Assembly (NCBI GenBank): GCA_030141605.1
Contig: JAQGDQ010000331.1
Span: 124,001 to 188,000, forward strand
DNA from: Tubiluchus corallicola
Taxonomy: Eukaryota > Animalia > Priapulida
Direction: 5' to 3'
DNA: 64,000 nt
In this document: positions 12,461-35,100 of the stretch, piece by piece
How positions within the stretch are numbered: the stretch's first letter is position 1
How the letters are laid out: each line of letters opens with the position of its first letter
Made by a program: the position numbers and the translations under genes
The notes under the pieces: generated by a model
Told to the model about the DNA's origin: nothing
Databases searched by the model: none
The model's input: the letters and a program-made list of their open reading frames with translations, nothing else

Positions 12461-13122
12461 TATACACATATATACTAGTTAGATAACGAAAAACAGTGTT
12501 TAAATCTTTTTCCCCTGTTCTCGACTGGTGTCTCGTGTCTCTTTTCCACGTGATTGGTGTCCAAAGTTTAGATTTTTGAACTACTGTCTTTTTATTAATA
12601 AAAAGCCCACTTAACTATTACGAACTTGCTAACAGCATATACAGTCCACTGCTTAACTCATGTAATTTTATGTAGTAGGCCCTACAGTCGGACTACTTAT
12701 CCGTGTGAATTGTTATAGTAAGGTTGTTTATTAATAAAAATAGTGTATTACTTGCTATTATTTAGTATAGCTAAACTTATATTATCTGACTGTTTAGTTA
12801 AAAAAAACAGTAATATTTTAAGTATTAAATATTAACATATCTTTTTATTGACAACTACTGTTACACCAGCTAAGGTCTTTACTCATCTGCACTGTGCCAC
12901 GTCAACTTCGTAGCAATAAACAACATTTTATTTCTAACTTAACGCTTGCTACTTTACTGTAGCTCCGGACGAAACTTTATTTCTTAAAATTCTCACCTAC
13001 TTTATGAATTTAGCGGTTATAACACGAAAACTATTGAGAACATTTAGTAAAGTAAATTCTATTGTTTTTTACATTTTGCGTCAGTTAATTTTTTTATTTA
13101 CTGTAATCTGGTTCACACGTGC

Positions 13123-15203
13123 TTACAATTTTGCAACAGTTAGATCATAATTGAACTGTATAAATGGATCAGGGCAGCATGGATGATAGTTTTCCTCACG
13201 CACAGCGGTATTGTTCAGTAAATTCCAGTCATGATTTCCTTCATAGTCAGTGACATCCATCGATTCCAGATCATCAAAGAACGTAAAGTCCAACTCGCTA
13301 GAGATGTAAGACCAGGAACCAAATTTCAAAGTAAACCTAGATGGTGTGTGCTGAATGAAATCTTTCAAGTACACCTGGAATCGACATGGAGTGACCCAGA
13401 TTATCGTTCCAGATGATTGTAGCACTAGATTAACGGGATGGTGCGTAAAGAAGTTTGTGGTGTAGCTGAAATAAAATACAACAGCGAATTGACTATTGAG
13501 TAGCACAATCTGAGTGGCAACATCAAACTAATACGTGAGTAACTTCAAATTAGCGAAAATAATCACAAAGAGTGTGACTGAGTCACGTCAGATAATTTAA
13601 CATTTTAAAGCGAACCGTTAATTATTACGGACTTTTCATATGTCAGTTATTACGGCCTGTACTTTCCTTTAATCGTAAGCAATTAGTCGCTAAAAAGTTA
13701 CCTGCTAAGAAAAATGACAATACCTATTGAAAAGAGCTACATCTGGTAACCAGATGTCATCTTCTGTGACAACAATTGATTTAATATCGTCGTAGTCCTC
13801 TGGATCCCAGGTTAGGCGATAGTCTGTCCAACTCTGAAAAGATTTTGAATTTTCAGTTATGGCACTTTTAATTTGTACCGTTTTACAAGCATGTGTGAAA
13901 GTGAATTAGTGAGGTATGTATTACTTGGGAAAAGCGGATAGAGCTTCGAAAAGAGAAATTGCATTGATTTTGGTACTTGTAAAACTAACGTTGCATGTTT
14001 ATCGTTCGACTCATACAAATGTTTAGTACTTGCAGGCCAAGACTAAGACCCTAAATATAAAATCATAATATGGGTACTTTAGCGCATTTACCTGTTTACT
14101 ATAAGTGTTCACTGTCAGCAAATGAGATCCCGTGTCCTGAAATTGTACGAACATAATAAGCGATTGAACAAATGCTTTAAACGCTCCTACAGCCTTAGAT
14201 CAGACCTACCCTGGATAACTCGTTTCTCCAAAACATGGAGCTAGTTGCCAATTGTTAAGCTTTAGTGCCTAAGTGCCAATTAAGTTCAGGTAGGCAAACT
14301 AACACGCCAAGCTTTACTGAATTATTTACAACATTTAGAAAAATCACTTTAAGGAAACTTTATAAATACATAAGCCAGGTTATTTTGATACATACCACGT
14401 CAAGATGCAGCAGAGAAAGTCCAAACGCCACTTTCAGGGGTGTACCAAGCTCCACTATAGGTATGACGACATGGTTGTAATTGTGAAATAGTTTCTTGTA
14501 AAGCTTTTCTCTGACACTACCTGTTGCCAACCACGCGTTGTGTTCAGTCATTGTCGGGCACGACGTTTTGTCTGTTAAGCAATATTATGTTCATTTTTTA
14601 CATTGTAGTAAAATACACTATCGTGACACTGCTCAATGTAGTATTTTTTTCTATAATTAAACCGTCATATTGAGCTTATAATAAATCATACTACATAATC
14701 TAACATGTTGCAAATAGTAAGACAGCTTAGCTAAATGTTTTTATGATAACAACGTGAAATTTATATATAGATGCGTTTGAAAAAATATGTAACTTCATTT
14801 TTCGAAGCAGTGCCAAGCTGGATATAAAAACTTGTGGCAACCATCTTCAACTACAATATGGCGCCACGTATTACACGTGTCTACGAAAATCTCCACAACC
14901 AAGCATCTTTGTAAACAATTTGCAGTAATGTTACATTAACAGCTTGGTAGAAAATGCAAAATTCTATACTTTGTAGATGGCACACTTACAGATTAGTGGA
15001 AAGTCTCTGATAAAAAGAGAAAATATTATTTCACTGTTTTAGTAAATCTAAGTTGCTATATAAATTCCAATTTTGTGCAATATAACGGATTCTCATTTAC
15101 CTGAACATGTTTTTGCGCCGTCTTCGTCACTTTGATCTTTTCTCTTAGCAAAAACTACGAAGAGAAAAATCAGCACACAGAAAAGTAAGGTAGCCGAGCG
15201 CAT
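13123..15203 (-). CDS. Secreted AChBP-like protein A (nAChR alpha-type ligand-binding domain only; no Cys-loop cysteines, loop C CC kept), ~258 aa
   Basis: Exons 15203-15101, 14571-14396, 14136-14092 (45 nt), 13833-13724 (110 nt) and 13465-13123 (777 nt in total). The 45/110-nt exons are typical of nAChR genes. Signal peptide MRSATLLFCVLIFLFVVFA; motifs KLYKKLFHNY, WTDYRLTWDP, IWLPDVALFN, KFGSWSY and YHPCCPDPF; stop right after beta10 with a nearby AATAAA. Confidence 0.88.
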
Positions 15204-17280
15204 TTTCGTCTAGCTTTTCACTTACGCAAAACCTTTTTAATATTTGTTCAACTTATTTTCAAACACCCAGTCTTCATTCTCCAAGGACATCATACGAAGG
15301 TGGATCTAAGTAACATATACATATTCTTTAATGTACTTTCAACTGTCATTTCTAAATTTGTTTTGCAAATTTCTTTAACAGGCTCCTTATGTTCACGTTT
15401 GATAGGCATTTACTGGCCCTTCTTCTACTAGATTTATAATAATTATTTGTGTTAATAAAATATATCCGGTGACGCCTCCTACATCCATTCGTAACTGCTT
15501 GACAGAATTCAAGAAAACCACCAATAATATTAGCCGAAAATTTTAATTCGCAAGTTCTATAGTGTAATCCTAGTACAGTTTTAATATTGGGCAACAATTC
15601 TGCAAAGCTACGTTTCTCCTGCTTTTCCAGTCCTCCCTTTCCAGAGCGCAAAGATTCAATTAAGATTTGAACTTACAACTAGAGAATGTAATATGTGCTA
15701 CGCTCTTACAACTGATAAAGCTTTTTATCTATTTGTCTACCATTTGAGTAAACGGCCATGCCAACCAGTACAAATTATAAATTCGATCAAAAGCTGATAT
15801 GCCAAAAATGTGATGAACTCTTTAGAAAAAGCATGTCGCTGTATAATCAGTCGTGTGAAACATGAACCTAGGCTAGTCCAGAACTTGGTGAACTTAATCC
15901 CATTTAATTCTGGGTATTGGAAGAAGTTAGCCCTACTTACATATAGATGTTTGATTAAACTTCCTAATTAAATCCGAATTTCTGAAAGTAAAATTGTGTG
16001 AAACACGAGTCGGTCGAAAAACTGATAAGTTACAAATCGAACATATACAAGTGGAAACAGACCTCACGCGATCATATGTAGGCCTGTGTAAGCGACGCTA
16101 AGCCTACTGGTTAACCGGAATCGTACCAGTACTATTGCAAAGCCTATCGAGGACTAACTTCGTTTTCGTTTTCTGAAGTCATTTTGCTTTCCTTTGTATA
16201 TAAATAAAATACATGTATTTCATATCAAAAATAAAATATTGCTGCTATTTTTTGTTCTGGGCATTTTTTATATTACATTCTATTTATCGTCGTATTACGT
16301 GTAACCGTTAGATTAGCTGGATTAACTATAGGGCTGTTAAAACAGGAGTCTGGAGCTGTTGCAACTGGTGTTTTGTGTTCGCGCAAGGCCGACTGGAAAA
16401 TTTGTAAAGGTTCTTAGTCAACTACATAGGTTTATTGCTTGTTAAACTGGGCTTATTCAGTATTTTCCTTAGTAATCCAACCATGTCTAACGCAGCTAAC
16501 CATAATGGTTGAGGTGTGTCATACTGTTAAACTTAGAATGTTCATTATTGTTCGAAGCTCAAACTAAAAGTCCTGGAACGCCTAGTCGCTCTGCGCTGAC
16601 CTATGTGTGTGCGTGTGCTCTGCAACAAATGATTACGATTTGCGTGCACGTGTTTAAAATTAATCAAGTTATTATAAATTAGATACATGTTAACCAGATG
16701 TATATTTTATATGTGGAATTTGATGTTAACTGGTTAACTTCTAAAGCAGGACTTTGTAAATATATGTGGACGATAGATGTCGTAGACCGAGCTTAATTTT
16801 AATCAGTTTATCATACAAACAGGTTTGGGCGACCCCAAGGCGCTTGAGTAGAGTTTAGAGAACTTAAAACAATATCACGTGAAAGCCTGCTTGACAAGGG
16901 AGCGTGGTGATTTGTACTCACAAACTGGTATTTTGCTATTTTTTGACTAGTTTAGCTTTCAACGCAGTCTTGGCAACTTTCTGAGATATTCCAATTTCTA
17001 TGTGTATACAACGTGTGCAAGAATTAGTTTACCCACATACTTACCTATGTTTGTTGTAGTACTGGCGGAATGTTTGTTGTAGTACTGTGTTTGGAATAGC
17101 GTAAATTTAAACATATTTGTGCTGATTTGAAAAGATAACTGTTATACGTCGAAAAAAGCTATAGGTTTATACGTGATGTGAGTGGGTGAATGGTTAATGG
17201 ACATTATAGGAAATTGCTTCCTTTTTAACGGGTTTCTGGTAAGTCGTGAATTATTTCAATTACCGTAACGCGGCTTGACA

Positions 17281-17709
17281 ATGTCTCATGAACGTCCGCA
17301 GAATCCAGAGAAGTCACTTCAACAAAGTGAACCGCCACATCATCGTCAGTTTCAGATGCCCCATTATTATCCATACAGTGCTCTTTATGGTCCATCACCG
17401 GCTCCTACAGGACCACCTATTATTTATCCTAGCTATGCAGGTACGCGGCCTTTGGCATACCAGATGACTAGCTCATTAAACAGTCCATCAAATGAGCCTG
17501 TGAGTAATGCATCACACCAAGACCAAAATGTCTATAAGAGGACTCCAACGTCACCTGTTTATTATGGTCACGACTTGGATAACAGTCCGTCTGCAATCTC
17601 GCGTCAGCGAGGGTACATGAAGAACGTGTCAGCGATGGACAATTGGTACACAACGCCCCTGCCGGTACATGCTTCACCTCCACCACAACCTGCGTCTATA
17701 TCGGAAAAG
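17281..17709 (+). CDS. Candidate alternative first coding exon of the DHP/CRMP gene (Pro/Ser/Tyr-rich)
   Basis: ACAATG start, 143 codons open, coding-like GC content, ends AAG|GTAACT in phase 0. Confidence 0.6.
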
Positions 17710-18689
17710 GTAACTACTTACATAATTTAATTGTAAAAACAATACAAGTGTTTATAATCCCATAAAATTTTACTTTCAATACGCCGACTCAAGCATTATT
17801 GGCGTACTGAGCAGAAGTTGTAAATTTGTCTTGTCGAGTCAGTCTGGTCCTGACAGCCGCGTGACAGGTCTGGTCAGTCATCGTATACAGATTACATATC
17901 ATAGTCAAGTTAACCAGCTAATTTCCTTGAACCCAAGCAAGAACTTGCATCATTCATTTCTACATGTATCTCAGTTGTATGTTTTCAGATATAGCCAAGT
18001 ATTAGCAGCCAAGCATTAAGTAACAACTCTACGGGTACTACTAGTATTATGTACTACTACTACGGGTGCTAATTTACCTTAAGTCTTTAATCCAAAATTA
18101 CTTTTATTTGACAGTTGCCAAGTTTCATTTCTATAATTCATGGACAGTCGTTAGCTAGACACTTGCGGTTTCGTTTGGCAGTTGGCATTTTAACTCATAA
18201 TACCAAAAACAATAATAAACAAATAATTATGTTAGTCATCACACAAGAGAAAAACTAATTCGCTGTTATTCACAAGAATCTCTGAATTAAGGTAAGCGGC
18301 CATTAGCAGTTATCATGCTTCAGTGGTTTTGGGGCTTAACTGGATCTCCACACGGCACCATCAGTATCAGAGATGATAGCTGCGTGTTCCGCAGCAGATA
18401 CTCCTGCCAAGATGACTAGAATGACCTTACTAGTAATGAACACAGCAAGTGTGAATTGAAACAACCAAGAAGGCAATCATATAATAAAACAAAGATACGA
18501 GTTATAACCTAGTTACAAAGCAAACCCTACAAGCGCACCGTATTAAGGTGTCGACATCACTCCAGTCAGCCAAGGAATTGCAGATGACTACTTACCTTAA
18601 CGTAATTACTGTAATCGTAATGTCAAAATTATTATTGATGATGTTACAATTAATTAAATTTTGATACGACAGTTGAAATATAGGAAATG

Positions 18690-18770
18690 TGGAAAAATTG
18701 GAATGAAGCCTGGATTTGAGCCAGAGAATTTTTTCTTACAGTGCAGACGCTTAGATCACTAGGGCACCGC
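18690..18770 (-). repeat. Degenerate tRNA-like (SINE-type) sequence
   Basis: The minus strand reads GGTGCCCTAGTGATCTAAGCG...GGCTCAAATCC, with A-box- and B-box-like motifs but no clean cloverleaf. Confidence 0.45.
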
Positions 18771-19184
18771 ATTGGCTAGTAGTCAAGGCAGCCCAAAGTT
18801 TAACTTATTTCTTATAGCTGGCTTAATTCAGCATTTCCCAAATCGCTCACATTAGAGTAACTATTGTTGTAGCGATGGCATCGTTTGTTGGACATAGGCC
18901 TAGTTCTGCATTTGTATTTTTATAAACCAAGCAAAAAATTGAACTTTATACACTGCAGCTAGTAAGGTATATAATCATGTTTATTACATGTATTCCAAAA
19001 CGAATTTATTCAGCTTTGGTAGTCTACGCTGCATTTTCTTCTGATTGAAATAATACACGATCTGAAGTCTGACGACTGAAGTCTGTCTGTCTGAGTCACG
19101 CTATTGTACAGCCAATGAAATTCTTGAAATGCAGCAAAATAAAACGGAAACTTTATTGTGCGTGTTGGTGAATGTTGTGCGAAA

Positions 19185-19331
19185 ATGTGTAACGCTCCTG
19201 TTCGTCACTGTCTCCCTCCTCGATTAAGCCCTTGGTTTAGCGGAGGATGGAAGTCAGAGTCAAATACGCAGTCTAATGCATCAGATTCTGATGAAGACGG
19301 GCAAAGCAGTTTCACCGACCAGGATAAGACG
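19185..19331 (+). CDS. Candidate alternative first coding exon of the DHP/CRMP gene
   Basis: AAAATG start, 49 codons (MCNAPVRHCLPP...SDSDEDGQSSFTDQDKT), ends ACG|GTAAGA in phase 0. TGAGTCA (19092) and CCAAT (~19112) lie upstream. Confidence 0.45.
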
Positions 19332-19454
19332 GTAAGACATCCGGGAGACAGGATACTTAGCCTGTGTAAGTCATACAGAAAGCATTGCTCTGATTTGCCG
19401 TAGTTGTTCGAACGGTCACAGTAACTGAAATAGGGCAGTTTATTTTGCCGCAAG

Positions 19455-19470
19455 AAGATGGCGGCACGTG
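19455..19470. promoter_or_regulatory. YY1-like site overlapping an E-box
   Basis: AAGATGGCGGC followed by CACGTG, lying between candidate first exons. Confidence 0.35.
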
Positions 19471-20557
19471 CTTTAGCCAACTATGCAATTTTGCTAAACA
19501 AACATGAGAATTTAAGTAGGCCCTATAGTATATTATAGCCCAAGCGTTAATGTAATTAACTAACATTGCAGTAAGTCTGCTGCTAGGATTATGGTTTGTT
19601 TATTTATTTATATTGCGATTATTATTTTTTTACTTTTGCAGTTGGATCTTAACTTTTAGCAGCCAACTTAATAGCTGGCTATTACATTCGTCTGCATCTT
19701 GTCTTTGAAATTTATATTATGAAAGATACCATGCTTATTTGTAGGCCGAAGCGAATGCGTGTGCTAAAATCAATAAAATGTTGCAAACTTGTATTTAAGT
19801 GTGAACATTTTCTACAGAAAGCGAATTCTAATCGAATCGAATTTATGACTTTCATGCTCCAATCAAACCGATGTTCATTATTTTCGAATCCGAATCGAAT
19901 TGGAATTCAGTTTTAAAGATTTTCGAATAACTAATAAAAAGCGAACAAAGATCATGCCAGATTTCCGTTCATTGCCTTTCTATTAGAGCTAATTTAGGTT
20001 TATATCTATCACAGGTTTTTTTTTGGTAGAAAACAAGTTGTGCATGTAAATTGGACTATTATTTGCTCTTCATGAATAGCAAATGGGGGTTGGCTGTCCG
20101 GCGTACCAATGAGTCACTGTCAGTTAAATTATTAATGAACTGTGGTACTTGTGCGTATCTATAAAGTTACATTATGCGTTATCGGGGCCTCTAGCGTCTG
20201 GAGCAGCTTGCAAGTGGTTTTGATCAATAGTTTTCCTGGTGCGCGGCTGCTCCGTTGCTCTACTGCATGCTGGTTCCAGTTTATACAACTTCCTCTTCTA
20301 TACATGAATTTAGCCAGCTAGCGAAGATTGTGCGTGTGACAGCCATGAAAAATCGTTTACCCTTCTGTGTGAAAATAAACATTTTAAATCGTACGTATAT
20401 AACTGTTGTTGGATATCACATGGTGTGAAGTCCCGAACGATAGCTTGAGTGAGGTAGCTATAGGCCTAGTAGGCTTAGATTGCTAGCCAATAAGCTATGC
20501 TAGTTGAATACTATTATGTGATTATATAATTTAAGTTGGTTTATAAAAACTGAAAAG

Positions 20558-29022
<8,465 letters not shown>

Positions 29023-32000
29023 CTGCCCACTTTTAAACGGAGGTGGTGCACCAACTTTGCTGAGGCAGATTCAACATAATTCTTTGCATGTCTCTTCTTT
29101 TTTCAACTGGTATGTTGTTAGATGAATGTAACAAGTTTTATTTATGAATTATGCACCAAAAGGAAATTTTCTATAGTTATAAACTTGTGATTGGTAATGT
29201 GAATGTACCAATTTTTCAGCGACCATTTTGTAGTTGTAAGTTTAGATCATTGAGCATTACAGGTAATTTTATATACCTTTGTTGCAGAAAATAGAAAATG
29301 AATTATACATTTTAATTTTCCACTGTTTCTACTTAAGTTGATATCTGCAGTTACAAAACCAAGATATTTTTATACGTAAAGCTAGTCTTGCATTTTGTTA
29401 GTGTGAAGTATAATAGTACAAGTGTAATAACTTAAATTTAATATCCCTGTTGTATATTTTGCAAATTCACTTTTTGTAATGTGCTATTGTTTGGTAGAAA
29501 ATGGGTTCTTTTATAGTATCTTTGTAAAGTGTTTTGTAATTTCATAATTTTATTTAAAAAGAAATTTAATGTAATGCTTTAGAGAAATAGTTTTTTTTCA
29601 CAAACATAGTTATTAGATGAAAAAATATCATGTTTAGTTGCTACTGTTATTGTTCTTAGTGAGGTACCATATATTGCTGGCTTAATAGGGTAACAAATAA
29701 CATAGTGGTCATGTTGTGCGCTTAAGTGTCCGAAGTTAAAGGAACACTATGCTGATTCAGTATCTTATCTTAGAGGATGAATGACTAAATTCCAGTCCTA
29801 CCACAACCATCTACATTAAGTACGTACTTTCACTGTACTGAGTGCTGAATCATAGAAAAAATAAAAATTAGTGGATGTAGATGTTTCCATATTAGGTAGC
29901 TTAGTTTAGTTTACCTACTACTGCATGGCCTATATCTTGTAATTAGACATTCATAGCTTTTCTTGTTTATTATGAATGAGATTTTTTCTTTGTAGAAAGT
30001 AGGTAAGGAAAGGCCAATGCTATAGCTTACAAAATGTTGAATTTGTTTGTATTTACTTTGTATAGTTGTCATAAATATTATATTCCAGAAAATAATCAGC
30101 TTTAATAATTAATGTGATCCATCTTTGAATTGCCCGTTAAATTATGCACACTATTGATGACTACTATAATACTTTTATTAGAAGATAGATTGTATGAAGT
30201 TTGTCACAACCGAAATTTAAGACAGCACAACCATTACAAATGTACTATTTTTATTAGGCAGTTATAAACAGGTTTCTCTACTTAATCACTTGTACCTCAA
30301 ACATGTATCTGGTAAAATGTCATTCGTTCACAAGAGGATCATCAAAGAATTGGGTAGACCTTCATAGTGTGTCATAGTAGCTTGTGACTTGCTCATGTAT
30401 TGGTGTAATAAAATAATTTTAAGAAACACAAGTTATGCATGTATGGCCTGTTTGTAATTGTAGCAGTTGCTTATTGCTAATGATCTTAACAATTTTAAAG
30501 AAAGCACTGACAATCGATAGTCATCCAGAAACAAAAATTTGCCATTGCACAAAATTGCAAAATAAACTTTAAAATGTGCATTAAGTAAAAGCAAATGCAG
30601 GATAGAAACCGTTGTATCTTATTCTACAAGTTAATGCTGACACATTAACAACAGAGGCTTCCAGGACTTTCAAGTCTGGCTGTAAGACTTGACATTGTCT
30701 CTGGCAAGGCCGGTTCATTAACGATAATTATTAGCGATTATTGTGGAATGCCCACAGGTATAATTAGAAGAGTGTAAATTGTCCCACCATAAACAAAACT
30801 GGAGCTTTGTAGTTTATAGTTCTTGTTTTCATGCCGATTAGCGGAGTAGTCTTAATAATAGTATTGCCAATTAAGCTAGGATTCTCAAGAGAGTAGAAAG
30901 GAAGTTTTACAGCGGTAAGTGGGAAAATAGTTGGCCACACAACAACAAAAATGCCAGCAGAAAAATTTTCCATCTCACAAAATGTTCTGCAGCCACAAGA
31001 GTAAGATTTCTTAATCTCTGACACTGCAACCAGTAGTTTGATGGTTTTTAATGGTTTTCCTTGATTTTCATTTATTCAACAACTGTTCCACAACTTGGAC
31101 TGTTAAACAAGACCCATGCTTTAAAAATCCAACACTGGTTGTGTTTTAAGCATTACATCCGTGTTAATAGTGTCCTTTTAAGAATTCAATACTGGCAACT
31201 CAAGCTCCACTGGAGGAGTTTCTGAAAAGTGATGGTAGTTATTTGTGAGCAATCACAAGTCAGCATTGAAAATCACAGGTACCTTGCTCTGCATTTTTAC
31301 ATGCTCAGTAATCAGAATTCAGAAGTGCTATATTTATTTTTGCCTAATAATGATTAGAGAGTATGTGAGCTAGTGTTTCATTATTATAAGATTGAGAATT
31401 TCATCTATGACTATGAGTTTTTCTGCTGAAAGGATGCAATGCATTTATGAAGTATAAGCTTTAATATGTATTTCATGTGCACAGAGAATATTCATCCACA
31501 TGTGACTGCATTCTTGGAGTTTGCTTTGAAAATGAAATAACAATACCCAACTTATTTTACAGGCATTATTACTGTTATTTGTTACAAAAATACATGCTGT
31601 ACAGTTTACGACCAAGCTAGCAATCAACTTTTTACTTACAAGTGGTTTATATACAGTCATTAGTCTATTTCTTAGTCTTACAGCAAGAAGTTTTACAAAT
31701 TATATATACAGTACAAGCATTAAACTATTCTATACCTGTTGTTATATATATATGCAAATGACATAGTGTTTTGGAACAAACAAGATGGATTTTGATTTAT
31801 GCAAATGAGTTCTGAATCAATGTGCAAAATGTAATGAAAATGGAAAAATGATGCTAACTGATGGTACACTGATGGAATTCACCACACTTTATTCACGTCA
31901 TGATTTGCAAAGATGTAAAACATCAAAAAAGATAAAATGCAATAAAAAAATTTGTTATGGATAATGAAAGCAGCTTGATGAAAAGGATTTGATAAAGTTA

Positions 32001-32111
32001 CTCAAAACTAGAAGTTTTAAGATGAATCGAATCTATATACAAGAATAAAAGCAAAAATCTAATTGTTACAATATACAAGCTAGCAATCTAGTAATATCAC
32101 TTACTATGAAT

Positions 32112-35100
32112 TTAGATGGACATTCGTTGTTTTTTCACCTCGTTACAGAAGCCATCATCATTCCTAGTTATATCTAAATCATCAGAAGAGTATAGCTGCC
32201 GCTTCAAAGGAGTCTTGAATGTCACCTCCTCATCTTCTTCGGAACTTGGGTCATCTCTGGAGGTCATGTTTGTGTCAGAATTTGACAGTGTTTCCTGAGG
32301 CTGTGTCATCATGTGCAGGCTTTGCTTATATGCTGGTCTTGCTCGGGAATAGAACAGAATATATGCTTGGCAACTGAGAATGTCTACCTCCGAGTACGGC
32401 TCTAGTCTTCCGTCGTTGCACTGTATCCAAGAATCTAAATCAAAAATCCATAAAAACAAATCAGATTTTAAAAAAGGACAGATAAATGGATTTTCCACAT
32501 AAATAGATGATCAAAATGGTCAGCAGATGGCACCTGTCATACTGTGGAAAACATGAAATAACCATGAGTTACTGAAAAGTTTTTTCCTGTTTTTTCTGAT
32601 TACTTCATTATCCCATTGTGTTCTAAGTTAGATGTTGACTCATTTGACTGCAGGTCAAATTTGTCATATTGATTCTTTTGAATGTTTTAGCTCGGTCAAT
32701 CAAAACATACCGGCATTGCTATTCCAGCAGTAGCAAGTATAATGGCCAGAACCAAAACCACGACCGTGATGTATAATCGCTCCACTGAGCTCATAAGCAA
32801 AACTCTGCTCTGGTGAGGCAGGGTTACAGTATGACTGAACATTCAACTTGTGCTTGAAATTTACATGAACTTTGATCTTCTCCCGATGAAGTCTTCCCGC
32901 CCACCTGCAATCACGAAAATGTATCACAAAAGGTTGGTAAAGTTCTTAAGGCCTAAAATACTGCAGCAAAATGTAACAAAAAGTAAGACAGCTATATTCA
33001 GTGAAATGTCTTTCATGGTGATCTCAAATAAAACATACTATTGACACAAAGTCACTACTATACTATTTAATAAACCATTGAAATGTTATCCATGAACAAT
33101 CACCATCTATAATGGAAAAGGATTATTCTCAGTATTATAATCAATGTTTGCTTAACGAAACGCATGGTTATTTTACTCTTCACTGCAAGAAAGGTAACAG
33201 TTTGTTACAATAGCAGCACAAGTTTTTACCTAAAACGTTTCAAATGAAGACGTAAAACATTTGGCAGCCGGTGCACCATGAGACTTTTATAAGCTGAGGT
33301 GTAAGTCAGAGGCTTTTTGGAAGTCGAACGTCTTCGACCTGAAAAACAAGGAATAACAATAATGAAGTCCAAAGAGAGGGGCATGCAGCTGGTACATTGG
33401 GTCATGGGGCCCAAGCCGCGGAGCCCATAAATATTAAATTTTGTACGTTGGCATGACCAGTATTCGTGTCAATTCGAATTAGATGCCCTACTTACAAATG
33501 TATATTCTTCTTGCAATACCTGCTGCTACTGTTACCTCTGCAGAGTGCTCATTCAAACAGGTTCAAAATTTCCTTAGATCCACAATGACACAGGGACGGC
33601 TAGTAGACCTGGCAAGATTGAGTCCTGACACTGAATTTGTTAAGAAGGTCAATCTTGATGAGGTTGTTCATTGTTTTGTAAGGAAAAAAGCCGAAATAGC
33701 AACTTCATTTAGCAGAAAATGAACTGGCACATATTATATGGTTCAGTGTGAATAAACATATTTCAGATATAATAAAGACTATTGAACATAAATTATTGCA
33801 TTATATTTCATAGTCTTCATGCCCTGGTATAGGTGAGGGAGGGGGCCAAAATTTGTCTTGCTCTGGCAGGTAAAAATTCTTTCGGTGGCCCTGATGAAGT
33901 CAATAAAGCCCCATTCAGTTTTTTCTCAAACATATTTAAAATGATATTTGAAATTTGACCACTCATTACATGGTAAAATATTTTCTTGGTAGAATTTCCC
34001 AGTTTTTTTATGGGATACGAAAGATTGCAATATTACACAGGCATGACTCAAAAAATTTCAGAAATATATTTTATATAAGTACAAAAAACAAAACAGTGGG
34101 AACAAGAGAACCAAAGATATGCTTAGTCACAGTACATAGAGAAAGACCCATGATTAGACACTACAAAAAGTAACAAAAATAAATGATGGCACTATAAATT
34201 TTGTTTCACACAAAAACAGCAAAAAAATCAGACTTCTATTCAATGTAACGGACTTACTGTTACATTGATCACAGGCATAGACGTTTCCTTCTAACGATTC
34301 CTTCTCTGTAAACTTTGCCAACATTTCTAGATAAACAAAACATTTACTGTTATAAAGGTTAACTTTAGGCAACTGGTATGTGAAATGAAGTTTTGATTTT
34401 TAAATTTTAATTATTAAAATAGTTTAATAAAATTTTCTTGAGAATATTAAGCACAATCATAAAAAAGCAATTGTACAACCAATTTTGGATTGTTACAAAA
34501 TTTAAGTTTTGCTGCAATCAATAAAAAGCTAATTCTGAGATACTGAAAATATTAAGTATTAAAAAACTTAAGTGTTTTTTGCCAATTCAATGAAAAATAA
34601 AGAAATCACAATCTGGCTCCTACTTGCTTTAAAGCTATAACATGAAATGCATAGAAATCAAAACTCGAGGCACAAAAATATCAATAACATATTGATAATA
34701 AAAGCAACATGCATAAACTTTTAACTGAATATAAAAATAAGCAAAAACAAATAGAATTCTAACCTATTGTAAAAGTGTTGAATAATAACAGCCGAGTAAG
34801 CCAAAAATCGGTGCCCAAATGCATAATCCAAATAAGTTTACACACACCGCACTGCTCACATAGCTGCTAGATATTAGCAGGTCTAGTACATTCAACAATA
34901 CTGTGTAAAGTTACCATGCATAATATATTTTGTGGTTCACGTGAACTTGGCAAATAACCAAGCTTGGGCGCAGTGATTACCTAGTGAAGCACATTTTTCT
35001 TGCCAGCAATCCATTCTGTGTTATGAAAATAAGTTTCTGAATCTTGGCACTTTGGGAGTTTACATGATTTTACTTTTAAATTAATAGTTTACAACTTAAA

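Noticed and set aside
10652-15203. One full-length nicotinic receptor subunit gene
   Set aside because: There are two separate signal-peptide exons and two copies of each domain motif, each ending in a stop, and no M1-M4 exons were seen downstream. A weak donor (CAG|GTTTAA) just before the stop of B is not fully excluded.
18690-18770. Functional tRNA gene (also 50655-50727)
   Set aside because: Stems do not pair into a cloverleaf; treated as tRNA-derived repeats.
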